From Nemertoderma westbladi (Eukaryota > Animalia > Xenacoelomorpha), in contig JAUCBJ010000302.1 of the NCBI GenBank assembly GCA_032718475.1, forward strand, positions 38,490-102,489: a DNA stretch of 64,000 nucleotides. Direction: 5' to 3'. The position numbers and the translations under genes are program-made. The notes below the pieces were generated by a model. It was not told the origin of the DNA. It did not search any database and saw nothing but the letters and a program-made list of their open reading frames with translations. Positions 15,001-30,000 of this stretch are shown here, piece after piece (position 1 is the first letter of the stretch; each line of letters starts with the position of its first letter).

Positions 15001-18000
15001 ACATTAAATAGCTTCGCCATTGCACACTATGTAGTTTGTTAGACATTAAATAGCTTCGCCATTGCACACTATGTAGTTTGTTAGACATTAAATAGCTTCG
15101 CCATTCCACACTACGTAGTTTGTTATACATTAAATAGCTTCGCCATTCCACACTACGTAGTTTGTTAGACATTAAATAGCTTCGCCATTCCACACTACGT
15201 AGTTTGTTAGACATTAAATAGCTTCGCCATTCCACACTATGTAGTTTGTTAGACATTAAATAGCTTCGCCATTCCACACTACGTAGTTTGTTATACATTA
15301 AATCGCTTCGCCATTCCACACTATGTAGTTTGTTAGACATTAAATAGCTTCGCCATTGCACACTATGTAGTTTGTTAGACATTAAATAGCTTCGCCATTG
15401 CACACTATGTAGTTTGTTAGACATTAAATAGCTTCGCCATTCCACACTACGTAGTTTGTTATACATTAAATCGCTTCGCCATTCCACACTATGTAGTTTG
15501 TTAGACATTAAATAGCTTCGCCATTCCACACTACGTAGTTTGTTATACATTAAATCGCTTCGCCATTGCACACTATGTAGTTTGTTAGACATTAAATAGC
15601 TTCGCCATTCCACACTACGTAGTTTGTTATACATTAAATAGCTTCGCCATTCCACACTACGTAGTTTGTTATACATTAAATCGCTTCGCCATTGCACACT
15701 ATGTAGTTTGTTAGACATTAAATAGCTTCGCCATTCCACACTACGTAGTTTGTTATACATTAAATCGCTTCGCCATTCCACACTATGTAGTTTGTTAGAC
15801 ATTAAATAGCTTCGCCATTCCACACTATGTAGTTTGTTCGACATTAAATCGCTTCGCCATTCCACACTACGTAGTTTGTTAGACATTAAATAGCTTCGCC
15901 ATTGCACACTATGTAGTTTGTTAGACATTAAATAGCTTCGCCATTCCACTCTACGTAGTTTGTTAGACATTAAATAGCTTCGCCATTCCACACTACGTAG
16001 TTTGTTAGACATTAAATAGCTTTACTATTAGACACTATGTAGTTTGTTAGACATTAAATAGCTTCGCCATTCCACTCTACGTAGTTTGTTAGACATTAAA
16101 TAGCTTCGCCATTCCACACTATGTAGTTTGTTAGACATTAAATAGCTTCGCCATTGCACACTATGTAGTTTGTTAGACATTAAATAGCTTCGCCATTCCA
16201 CACTACGTAGTTTGTTAGACATTAAATAGCTTTACTATTAGACACTATGTAGTTTGTTAGACATTAAATAGCTTCGCCATTCCACACTATGTAGTTTGTT
16301 AGACATTAAATAGCTTCGCCATTGCACACTATGTAGTTTGTTAGACATTAAATAGCTTCGCCATTCCACACTACGTAGTTTGTTAGACATTAAATAGCTT
16401 TACTATTAGACACTATGTAGTTTGTTAGACATTAAATAGCTTCGCCATTCCACTCTACGTAGTTTGTTAGACATTAAATAGCTTCGCCATTCCACACTAT
16501 GTAGTTTGTTAGACATTAAATAGCTTCGCCATTGCACACTATGTAGTTTGTTAGACATTAAATAGCTTCGCCATTCCACACTACGTAGTTTGTTATACAT
16601 TAAATCGCTTCGCCATTCCACACTATGTAGTTTGTTATACATTAAATAGCTTCGCCATTCCACACTACGTAGTTTGTTATACATTAAATAGCTTCGCCAT
16701 TCCACACTACGTAGTTTGTTATACATTAAATCGCTTCGCCATTCCACACTATGTAGTTTGTTAGACATTAAATAGCTTCGCCATTGCACACTATGTAGTT
16801 TGTTCGACATTAAATCGCTTCGCCATTCCACACTACGTAGTTTGTTAGACATTAAATAGCTTCGCCATTGCACACTATGTAGTTTGTTAGACATTAAATA
16901 GCTTCGCCATTCCACTCTACGTAGTTTGTTAGACATTAAATAGCTTCGCCATTCCACACTACGTAGTTTGTTAGACATTAAATAGCTTTACTATTAGACA
17001 CTATGTAGTTTGTTAGACATTAAATAGCTTCGCCATTCCACACTATGTAGTTTGTTAGACATTAAATAACTTCGCCATTCCACACTATGTAGTTTGTTAG
17101 ACATTAAATAGCTTCGCCATTCCACACTATGTAGTTTGTTAGACATTAAATAGCTTCGCCATTCCACACTATGTAGTTTGTTAGACATTAAATCGCTTCG
17201 CCATTCCACACTATGTAGTTTGTTAGACATTAAATAGCTTCGCCATTCCACACTATGTAGTTTGTTAGACATTAAATAGCTTCGCCATTCCACTCTACGT
17301 AGTTTGTTAGACATTAAATAGCTTCGCCATTCCACTCTACGTAGTTTGTTAGACATTAAATAGCTTCGCCATTCCACTCTACGTAGTTTGTTAGACATTA
17401 AATAGCTTTGCTATTAGACACTATGTAGTTTGTTAGACATTAAATCGCTTCGCCATTCCACACTATGTAGTTTGTTAGACATTAAATCGCTTCGCCATTC
17501 CACACTACGTAGTTTGTTAGACATTAAATAGCTTCGCCATTCCACACTACGTAGTTTGTTAGACATTAAATAGCTTCGCCATTCCACTCTACGTAGTTTG
17601 TTAGACATTAAATAGCTTCGCCATTCCACACTACGTAGTTTGTTAGACATTAAATAGCTTCGCCATTCCACACTACGTAGTTTGTTAGACATTAAATAGC
17701 TTCGCCATTCCACACTACGTAGTTTGTTAGACATTAAATAGCTTCGCCATTCCACTCTACGTAGTTTGTTAGACATTAAATAGCTTCGCTATTCCACACT
17801 ATGTAGTTTGTTAGACATTAAATAGCTTCGCCATTCCACTCTACGTAGTTTGTTAGACATTAAATCGCTTCGCTATTCCACACTATGTAGTTTGTTAGAC
17901 ATTAAATAGCTTCGCCATTCCACTCTACGTAGTTTGTTAGACATTAAATAGCTTCGCCATTCCACACTACGTAGTTTGTTAGACATTAAATAGCTTTACT

Positions 18001-21000
18001 ATTAGACACTATGTAGTTTGTTAGACATTAAATAGCTTCGCCATTCCACATTATGTAGTTTGTTAGACATTAAATAGCTTCGCCATTCCACTCTACGTAG
18101 TTTGTTAGACATTAAATAGCTTCGCCATTCCACACTATGTAGTTTGTTAGACATTAAATAGCTTCGCCATTCCACTCTACGTAGTTTGTTAGACATTAAA
18201 TAGCTTCGCCATTCCACTCTACGTAGTTTGTTAGACATTAAATAGCTTTGCTATTAGACACTATGTAGTTTGTTAGACATTAAATCGCTTCGCCATTCCA
18301 CACTATGTAGTTTGTTAGACATTAAATAGCTTCGCCATTCCACACTACGTAGTTTGTTAGACATTAAATAGCTTTGCTATTAGACACTATGTAGTTTGTT
18401 AGACATTAAATCGCTTCGCCATTCCACACTATGTAGTTTGTTAGACATTAAATAGCTTCGCCATTCCACTCTACGTAGTTTGTTAGACATTAAATAGCTT
18501 CGCCATTCCACTCTACGTAGTTTGTTAGACATTAAATAGCTTCGCCATTCCACTCTACGTAGTTTGTTAGACATTAAATAGCTTTGCTATTAGACACTAT
18601 GTAGTTTGTTAGACATTAAATCGCTTCGCCATTCCACACTATGTAGTTTGTTAGACATTAAATAGCTTCGCCATTCCACTCTACGTAGTTTGTTAGACAT
18701 TAAATAGCTTTGCTATTAGACACTATGTAGTTTGTTAGACATTAAATCGCTTCGCCATTCCACACTATGTAGTTTGTTAGACATTAAATAGCTTCGCCAT
18801 TCCACTCTACGTAGTTTGTTAGACATTAAATAGCTTTGCTATTAGACACTATGTAGTTTGTTAGACATTAAATAGCTTTGCTATTAGACACTATGTAGTT
18901 TGTTAGACATTAAATCGCTTCGCCATTCCACACTACGTAGTTTGTTAGACATTAAATAGCTTTACTATTAGACACTATGTAGTTTGTTAGACATTAAATA
19001 GCTTCGCCATTCCACACTATGTAGTTTGTTAGACATTAAATAGCTTCGCCATTGCACACTATGTAGTTTGTTAGACATTAAATCGCTTCGCCATTCCACA
19101 CTATGTAGTTTGTTAGACATTAAATCGCTTCGCCATTCCACACTATGTAGTTTGTTAGACATTAAATAGCTTCGCCATTCCACTCTACGTAGTTTGTTAG
19201 ACATTAAATAGCTTCGCCATTCCACTCTACGTAGTTTGTTAGACATTAAATAGCTTCGCCATTCCACTCTACGTAGTTTGTTAGACATTAAATAGCTTTG
19301 CTATTAGACACTATGTAGTTTGTTAGACATTAAATCGCTTCGCCATTCCACACTATGTAGTTTGTTAGACATTAAATAGCTTCGCCATTCCACTCTACGT
19401 AGTTTGTTAGACATTAAATAGCTTTGCTATTAGACACTATGTAGTTTGTTAGACATTAAATCGCTTCGCCATTCCACACTATGTAGTTTGTTAGACATTA
19501 AATAGCTTCGCCATTCCACTCTACGTAGTTTGTTAGACATTAAATAGCTTTGCTATTAGACACTATGTAGTTTGTTAGACATTAAATAGCTTTGCTATTA
19601 GACACTATGTAGTTTGTTAGACATTAAATCGCTTCGCCATTCCACACTACGTAGTTTGTTAGACATTAAATAGCTTTACTATTAGACACTATGTAGTTTG
19701 TTAGACATTAAATAGCTTCGCCATTCCACACTATGTAGTTTGTTAGACATTAAATAGCTTCGCCATTGCACACTATGTAGTTTGTTAGACATTAAATCGC
19801 TTCGCCATTCCACACTATGTAGTTTGTTAGACATTAAATCGCTTCGCCATTCCACACTACGTAGTTTGTTAGACATTAAATAGCTTCGCCATTCCACACT
19901 ACGTAGTTTGTTAGACATTAAATAGCTTCGCCATTCCACTCTACGTAGTTTGTTAGACATTAAATAGCTTCGCCATTCCACACTACGTAGTTTGTTAGAC
20001 ATTAAATAGCTTCGCCATTCCACACTACGTAGTTTGTTAGACATTAAATAGCTTCGCCATTCCACACTACGTAGTTTGTTAGACATTAAATAGCTTCGCC
20101 ATTCCACACTATGTAGTTTGTTAGACATTAAATAGCTTCGCCATTCCACACTATGTAGTTTGTTAGACATTAAATAGCTTCGCCATTGGACACTACGTAG
20201 TTTGTTAGACATTAAATAGCTTCGCCATTCCACACTACGTAGTTTGTTAGACATTAAATAGCTTCGCCATTGCACACTATGTAGTTTGTTAGACATTAAA
20301 TAGCTTCGCCATTCCACTCTACGTAGTTTGTTAGACATTAAATAGCTTCGCCATTCCACACTACGTAGTTTGTTAGACATTAAATAGCTTTACTATTAGA
20401 CACTATGTAGTTTGTTAGACATTAAATAGCTTCGCCATTCCACATTATGTAGTTTGTTAGACATTAAATAGCTTCGCCATTCCACTCTACGTAGTTTGTT
20501 AGACATTAAATAGCTTCGCCATTCCACACTATGTAGTTTGTTAGACATTAAATAGCTTCGCCATTCCACTCTACGTAGTTTGTTAGACATTAAATAGCTT
20601 CGCCATTCCACTCTACGTAGTTTGTTAGACATTAAATAGCTTTGCTATTAGACACTATGTAGTTTGTTAGACATTAAATCGCTTCGCCATTCCACACTAC
20701 GTAGTTTGTTAGACATTAAATAGCTTTACTATTAGACACTATGTAGTTTGTTAGACATTAAATAGCTTCGCCATTCCACACTATGTAGTTTGTTAGACAT
20801 TAAATAGCTTCGCCATTGCACACTATGTAGTTTGTTAGACATTAAATAGCTTCGCCATTCCACACTACGTAGTTTGTTAGACATTAAATAGCTTTACTAT
20901 TAGACACTATGTAGTTTGTTAGACATTAAATAGCTTCGCCATTCCACTCTACGTAGTTTGTTAGACATTAAATAGCTTCGCCATTCCACACTATGTAGTT

Positions 21001-24000
21001 TGTTAGACATTAAATAGCTTCGCCATTGCACACTATGTAGTTTGTTAGACATTAAATAGCTTCGCCATTCCACACTACGTAGTTTGTTATACATTAAATC
21101 GCTTCGCCATTCCACACTATGTAGTTTGTTAGACATTAAATAGCTTCGCCATTCCACACTACGTAGTTTGTTATACATTAAATCGCTTCGCCATTCCACA
21201 CTACCTAGTTTGTTATACATTAAATCGCTTCGCCATTCCACACTACGTAGTTTGTTAGACATTAAATAGCTTTACTATTAGACACTATGTAGTTTGTTAG
21301 ACATTAAATAGCTTCGCCATTCCACTCTACGTAGTTTGTTAGACATTAAATAGCTTCGCCATTCCACACTATGTAGTTTGTTAGACATTAAATAGCTTCG
21401 CCATTGCACACTATGTAGTTTGTTAGACATTAAATAGCTTCGCCATTCCACACTACCTAGTTTGTTATACATTAAATAGCTTCGCCATTCCACACTACGT
21501 AGTTTGTTATACATTAAATAGCTTCGCCATTCCACACTACGTAGTTTGTTATACATTAAATCGCTTCGCCATTCCACACTATGTAGTTTGTTAGACATTA
21601 AATAGCTTCGCCATTGCACACTATGTAGTTTGTTCGACATTAAATCGCTTCGCCATTCCACACTACGTAGTTTGTTAGACATTAAATAGCTTCGCCATTG
21701 CACACTATGTAGTTTGTTAGACATTAAATAGCTTCGCCATTCCACTCTACGTAGTTTGTTAGACATTAAATAGCTTCGCCATTCCACACTACGTAGTTTG
21801 TTAGACATTAAATAGCTTTACTATTAGACACTATGTAGTTTGTTAGACATTAAATAGCTTCGCCATTCCACTCTACGTAGTTTGTTAGACATTAAATAGC
21901 TTCGCCATTCCACACTATGTAGTTTGTTAGACATTAAATAGCTTCGCCATTCCACACTATGTAGTTTGTTAGACATTAAATAGCTTCGCCATTCCACACT
22001 ATGTAGTTTGTTAGACATTAAATAGCTTCGCCATTCCACACTATGTAGTTTGTTAGACATTAAATCGCTTCGCCATTCCACACTATGTAGTTTGTTAGAC
22101 ATTAAATAGCTTCGCCATTCCACTCTACGTAGTTTGTTAGACATTAAATAGCTTCGCCATTCCACTCTACGTAGTTTGTTAGACATTAAATAGCTTTGCT
22201 ATTAGACACTATGTAGTTTGTTAGACATTAAATCGCTTCGCCATTCCACACTATGTAGTTTGTTAGACATTAAATCGCTTTGCTATTAGACACTATGTAG
22301 TTTGTTAGACATTAAATAGCTTCGCCATTCCACACTATGTAGTTTGTTAGACATTAAATCGCTTCGCCATTCCACACTATGTAGTTTGTTAGACATTAAA
22401 TAGCTTCGCCATTCCACACTATGTAGTTTGTTATACATTAAATCGCTTCGCCATTCCACACTACGTAGTTTGTTAGACATTAAATAGCTTCGCCATTCCA
22501 CACTATGTAGTTTGTTAGACATTAAATCGCTTCGCCATTGGACACTATGTAGTTTGTTATACATTAAATCGCTTCGCCATTCCACACTACGTAGTTTGTT
22601 AGACATTAAATAGCTTCGCCATTCCACACTATGTAGTTTGTTATACATTAAATCGCTTCGCCATTCCACACTATGTAGTTTGTTAGACATTAAATCGCTT
22701 TGCTATTAGACACTATGTAGTTTGTTAGACATTAAATAGCTTCGCCATTCCACACTATGTAGTTTGTTAGACATTAAATAGCTTTGCTATTGGACACTAT
22801 GTAGTTTGTTAGACATTAAATAGCTTCGCCATTCCACACTATGTAGTTTGTTAGACATTAAATAGCTTCGCCATTCCACACTACGTAGTTTGTTAGACAT
22901 TAAATAGCTTCGCCATTCCACACTATGTAGTTTGTTAGACATTAAATAGCTTTGCTATTGGACACTATGTAGTTTGTTAGACATTAAATCGCTTCGCCAT
23001 TCCACACTATGTAGTTTGTTAGACATTAAATAGCTTCGCCATTCCACACTATGTAGTTTGTTAGACATTAAATAGCTTTGCTATTGGACACTATGTAGTT
23101 TGTTAGACATTAAATAGCTTCGCCATTCCACACTATGTAGTTTGTTAGACATTAAATAGCTTCGCCATTCCACACTACGTAGTTTGTTAGACATTAAATA
23201 GCTTCGCCATTCCACACTATGTAGTTTGTTAGACATTAAATAGCTTTGCTATTGGACACTATGTAGTTTGTTAGACATTAAATCGCTTCGCCATTCCACA
23301 CTATGTAGTTTGTTAGACATTAAATAGCTTCGCCATTCCACACTACGTAGTTTGTTAGACATTAAATAGCTTCGCCATTCCACACTATGTAGTTTGTTAG
23401 ACATTAAATCGCTTCGCCATTCCACACTATGTAGTTTGTTAGACATTAAATAGCTTCGCCATTCCACACTACGTAGTTTGTTAGACATTAAATAGCTTCG
23501 CCATTCCACACTACGTAGTTTGTTAGACATTAAATAGCTTCGCCATTCCACACTATGTAGTTTGTTATACATTAAATAGCTTCGCCATTCCACACTATGT
23601 AGTTTGTTAGACATTAAATAGCTTCGCCATTCCACACTACGTAGTTTGTTAGACATTAAATAGCTTCGCCATTCCACACTATGTAGTTTGTTATACATTA
23701 AATAGCTTCGCCATTCCACACTATGTAGTTTGTTAGACATTAAATCGCTTCGCTATTCCACACTACGTAGTTTGTTAGACATTAAATAGCTTCGCCATTC
23801 CACACTATGTAGTTTGTTAGACATTAAATCGCTTTGCTATTCCACACTACGTAGTTTGTTAGACATTAAATAGCTTCGCCATTCCACACTACGTAGTTTG
23901 TTAGACATTAAATAGCTTCGCCATTCCACACTATGTAGTTTGTTAGACATTAAATCGCTTTGCTATTCCACACTACGTAGTTTGTTAGACATTAAATAGC

Positions 24001-27000
24001 TTCGCCATTCCACACTACGTAGTTTGTTAGACATTAAATAGCTTCGCCATTCCACACTACGTAGTTTGTTAGACATTAAATAGCTTCGCCATTCCACACT
24101 ATGTAGTTTGTTATACATTAAATAGCTTCGCCATTCCACACTATGTAGTTTGTTAGACATTAAATCGCTTCGCTATTCCACACTACGTAGTTTGTTAGAC
24201 ATTAAATAGCTTCGCCATTCCACACTATGTAGTTTGTTAGACATTAAATCGCTTCGCTATTCCACACTATGTAGTTTGTTAGACATTAAATAGCTTCGCC
24301 ATTCCACACTACGTAGTTTGTTAGACATTAAATAGCTTCGCCATTCCACACTATGTAGTTTGTTAGACATTAAATAGCTTCGCCATTCCACACTATGTAG
24401 TTTGTTAGACATTAAATCGCTTCGCCATTCCACACTATGTAGTTTGTTATACATTAAATCGCTTCGCCATTCCACACTATGTAGTTTGTTAGACATTAAA
24501 TCGCTTTGCTATTAGACACTATGTAGTTTGTTAGACATTAAATAGCTTCGCCATTCCACACTATGTAGTTTGTTAGACATTAAATCGCTTCGCCATTCCA
24601 CACTATGTAGTTTGTTAGACATTAAATCGCTTCGCCATTCCACACTATGTAGTTTGTTAGACATTAAATAGCTTCGCCATTCCACACTATGTAGTTTGTT
24701 ATACATTAAATAGCTTCGCCATTCCACACTATGTAGTTTGTTAGACATTAAATCGCTTCGCTATTCCACACTACGTAGTTTGTTAGACATTAAATAGCTT
24801 CGCCATTCCACACTATGTAGTTTGTTAGACATTAAATCGCTTTGCTATTAGACACTATGTAGTTTGTTAGACATTAAATAGCTTCGCCATTCCACACTAT
24901 GTAGTTTGTTAGACATTAAATCGCTTCGCCATTCCACACTACGTAGTTTGTTAGACATTAAATCGCTTCGCCATTGGACACTATGTAGTTTGTTAGACAT
25001 TAAATCGCTTCGCCATTCCACACTATGTAGTTTGTTAGACATTAAATAGCTTCGCCATTCCACACTATGTAGTTTGTTAGACATTAAATCGCTTCGCCAT
25101 TCCACACTATGTAGTTTGTTAGACATTAAATCGCTTCGCCATTCCACACTATGTAGTTTGTTAGACATTAAATAGCTTCGCCATTCCACACTATGTAGTT
25201 TGTTAGACATTAAATAGCTTCGCCATTCCACACTATGTAGTTTGTTAGACATTAAATCGCTTCGCCATTCCACACTATGTAGTTTGTTAGACATTAAATC
25301 GCTTTGCTATTAGACACTATGTAGTTTGTTAGACATTAAATAGCTTCGCCATTCCACACTATGTAGTTTGTTAGACATTAAATAGCTTCGCCATTCCACA
25401 CTATGTAGTTTGTTAGACATTAAATCGCTTCGCCATTCCACACTATGTAGTTTGTTAGACATTAAATAGCTTCGCCATTCCACACTATGTAGTTTGTTAG
25501 ACATTAAATAGCTTCGCCATTCCACACTATGTAGTTTGTTAGACATTAAATAGCTTCGCCATTCCACACTATGTAGTTTGTTAGACATTAAATCGCTTCG
25601 CCATTCCACACTATGTAGTTTGTTAGACATTAAATAGCTTTACTATTAGACACTATGTAGTTTGTTAGACATTAAATAGCTTCGCCATTCCACACTATGT
25701 AGTTTGTTAGACATTAAATAGCTTCGCCATTCCACACTATGTAGTTTGTTAGACATTAAATCGCTTCGCCATTCCACACTATGTAGTTTGTTAGACATTA
25801 AATCGCTTTGCTATTAGACACTATGTAGTTTGTTAGACATTAAATAGCTTTGCTATTGGACACTATGTAGTTTGTTAGACATTAAATAGCTTCGCCATTC
25901 CACACTATGTAGTTTGTTAGACATTAAATAGCTTTGCTATTGGACACTATGTAGTTTGTTAGACATTAAATAGCTTCGCCATTCCACACTATGTAGTTTG
26001 TTAGACATTAAATAGCTTCGCCATTCCACACTATGTAGTTTGTTAGACATTAAATAGCTTTGCTATTGGACACTATGTAGTTTGTTAGACATTAAATAGC
26101 TTCGCCATTCCACACTATGTAGTTTGTTAGACATTAAATAGCTTCGCCATTCCACACTATGTAGTTTGTTAGACATTAAATAGCTTCGCCATTCCACACT
26201 ATGTAGTTTGTTAGACATTAAATAGCTTCGCCATTCCACACTATGTAGTTTGTTAGACATTAAATAGCTTCGCCATTCCACACTACGTAGTTTGTTATAC
26301 ATTAAATCGCTTCGCCATTCCACACTATGTAGTTTGTTATACATTAAATCGCTTCGCCATTCCACACTATGTAGTTTGTTAGACATTAAATAGCTTCGCC
26401 ATTCCACACTATGTAGTTTGTTAGACATTAAATCGCTTCGCCATTCCACACTATGTAGTTTGTTAGACATTAAATCGCTTTGCTATTAGACACTATGTAG
26501 TTTGTTAGACATTAAATAGCTTCGCCATTCCACACTATGTAGTTTGTTAGACATTAAATAGCTTTGCTATTGGACACTATGTAGTTTGTTAGACATTAAA
26601 TAGCTTCGCCATTCCACACTATGTAGTTTGTTAGACATTAAATAGCTTCGCCATTCCACACTATGTAGTTTGTTAGACATTAAATAGCTTCGCCATTCCA
26701 CACTATGTAGTTTGTTAGACATTAAATAGCTTTGCTATTGGACACTATGTAGTTTGTTAGACATTAAATAGCTTTGCTATTAGACACTACGTAGTTTGTT
26801 AGACATTAAATAGCTTCGCCATTCCACACTACGTAGTTTGTTAGACATTAAATAGCTTTGCTATTAGACACTACGTAGTTTGTTAGACATTAAATAGCTT
26901 CGCCATTGCACACTATGTAGTTTGTTAGACATTAAATAGCTTCGCCATTCCACACTATGTAGTTTGTTAGATATTAAATAGCTTCGCCATTCCACACTAT

Positions 27001-30000
27001 GTAGTTTGTTAGACATTAAATAGCTTCGCCATTCCACACTACGTAGTTTGTTAGACATTAAATAGCTTCGCCATTCCACACTATGTAGTTTGTTAGACAT
27101 TAAATAGCTTCGCCATTCCACACTACGTAGTTTGTTAGACATTAAATAGCTTCGCCATTCCACACTATGTAGTTTGTTAGACATTAAATCGCTTTGCTAT
27201 TAGACACTATGTAGTTTGTTAGACATTAAATAGCTTCGCCATTCCACACTATGTAGTTTGTTAGACATTAAATCGCTTCGCCATTCCACACTACGTAGTT
27301 TGTTAGACATTAAATCGCTTCGCCATTGGACACTACGTAGTTTGTTAGACATTAAATAGCTTCGCCATTCCACACTACGTAGTTTGTTAGACATTAAATA
27401 GCTTTGCTATTAGACACTACGTAGTTTGTTAGACATTAAATAGCTTCGCCATTGCACACTATGTAGTTTGTTAGACATTAAATAGCTTCGCCATTCCACA
27501 CTATGTAGTTTGTTAGATATTAAATAGCTTCGCCATTCCACACTATGTAGTTTGTTAGACATTAAATAGCTTCGCCATTCCACACTACGTAGTTTGTTAG
27601 ACATTAAATAGCTTCGCCATTCCACACTATGTAGTTTGTTAGACATTAAATAGCTTCGCCATTCCACACTACGTAGTTTGTTAGACATTAAATAGCTTCG
27701 CCATTCCACACTATGTAGTTTGTTAGACATTAAATCGCTTTGCTATTAGACACTATGTAGTTTGTTAGACATTAAATAGCTTCGCCATTCCACACTATGT
27801 AGTTTGTTAGACATTAAATCGCTTCGCCATTCCACACTATGTAGTTTGTTAGACATTAAATCGCTTCGCCATTCCACTCTACGTAGTTTGTTAGACATTA
27901 AATAGCTTCGCCATTCCACACTATGTAGTTTGTTAGACATTAAATAGCTTCGCCATTGGACACTATGTAGTTTGTTAGACATTAAATCGCTTCGCCATTC
28001 CACACTATGTAGTTTGTTAGACATTAAATAGCTTCGCCATTCCACACTATGTAGTTTGTTAGACATTAAATAGCTTCGCCATTCCACACTATGTAGTTTG
28101 TTAGACATTAAATAGCTTCGCCATTGGACACTATGTAGTTTGTTAGACATTAAATCGCTTCGCCATTCCACACTATGTAGTTTGTTAGACATTAAATAGC
28201 TTCGCCATTCCACACTACGTAGTTTGTTAGACATTAAATCGCTTCGCCATTGGACACTATGTAGTTTGTTAGACATTAAATCGCTTCGCCATTCCACACT
28301 ATGTAGTTTGTTAGACATTAAATAGCTTCGCCATTCCACACTATGTAGTTTGTTATACATTAAATCGCTTCGCCATTCCACACTATGTAGTTTGTTAGAC
28401 ATTAAATCGCTTTGCTATTAGACACTATGTAGTTTGTTAGACATTAAATAGCTTCGCCATTCCACACTATGTAGTTTGTTAGACATTAAATCGCTTCGCC
28501 ATTCCACACTATGTAGTTTGTTAGACATTAAATCGCTTTGCTATTAGACACTATGTAGTTTGTTAGACATTAAATAGCTTCGCCATTCCACACTATGTAG
28601 TTTGTTAGACATTAAATAGCTTCGCCATTCCACACTATGTAGTTTGTTAGACATTAAATAGCTTCGCCATTCCACACTATGTAGTTTGTTAGACATTAAA
28701 TAGCTTCGCCATTCCACACTACGTAGTTTGTTAGACATTAAATAGCTTCGCCATTCCACACTATGTAGTTTGTTATACATTAAATCGCTTCGCCATTCCA
28801 CACTATGTAGTTTGTTAGACATTAAATCGCTTTGCTATTAGACACTATGTAGTTTGTTAGACATTAAATAGCTTCGCCATTCCACACTATGTAGTTTGTT
28901 AGACATTAAATCGCTTCGCCATTCCACACTATGTAGTTTGTTAGACATTAAATCGCTTTGCTATTAGACACTATGTAGTTTGTTAGACATTAAATAGCTT
29001 CGCCATTCCACACTATGTAGTTTGTTAGACATTAAATAGCTTCGCCATTCCACACTACGTAGTTTGTTAGACATTAAATCGCTTCGCCATTCCACACTAT
29101 GTAGTTTGTTAGACATTAAATCGCTTCGCCATTCCACACTATGTAGTTTGTTAGACATTAAATCGCTTCGCCATTCCACACTATGTAGTTTGTTAGACAT
29201 TAAATAGCTTCGCCATTCCACACTATGTAGTTTGTTATACATTAAATAGCTTCGCCATTCCACACTATGTAGTTTGTTATACATTAAATCGCTTCGCCAT
29301 TCCACACTATGTAGTTTGTTAGACATTAAATAGCTTCGCCATTCCACACTATGTAGTTTGTTAGACATTAAATCGCTTCGCCATTCCACACTATGTAGTT
29401 TGTTAGACATTAAATCGCTTTGCTATTAGACACTATGTAGTTTGTTAGACATTAAATAGCTTCGCCATTCCACACTATGTAGTTTGTTAGACATTAAATA
29501 GCTTTGCTATTGGACACTATGTAGTTTGTTAGACATTAAATAGCTTCGCCATTCCACACTATGTAGTTTGTTAGACATTAAATCGCTTCGCCATTCCACA
29601 CTATGTAGTTTGTTAGACATTAAATAGCTTCGCCATTCCACACTATGTAGTTTGTTAGACATTAAATAGCTTTGCTATTAGACACTACGTAGTTTGTTAG
29701 ACATTAAATAGCTTCGCCATTCCACACTATGTAGTTTGTTAGACATTAAATAGCTTCGCCATTCCACACTATGTAGTTTGTTAGACATTAAATAGCTTTG
29801 CTATTGGACACTATGTAGTTTGTTAGACATTAAATAGCTTTGCTATTAGACACTACGTAGTTTGTTAGACATTAAATAGCTTCGCCATTCCACACTACGT
29901 AGTTTGTTAGACATTAAATAGCTTTGCTATTAGACACTACGTAGTTTGTTAGACATTAAATAGCTTCGCCATTGCACACTATGTAGTTTGTTAGACATTA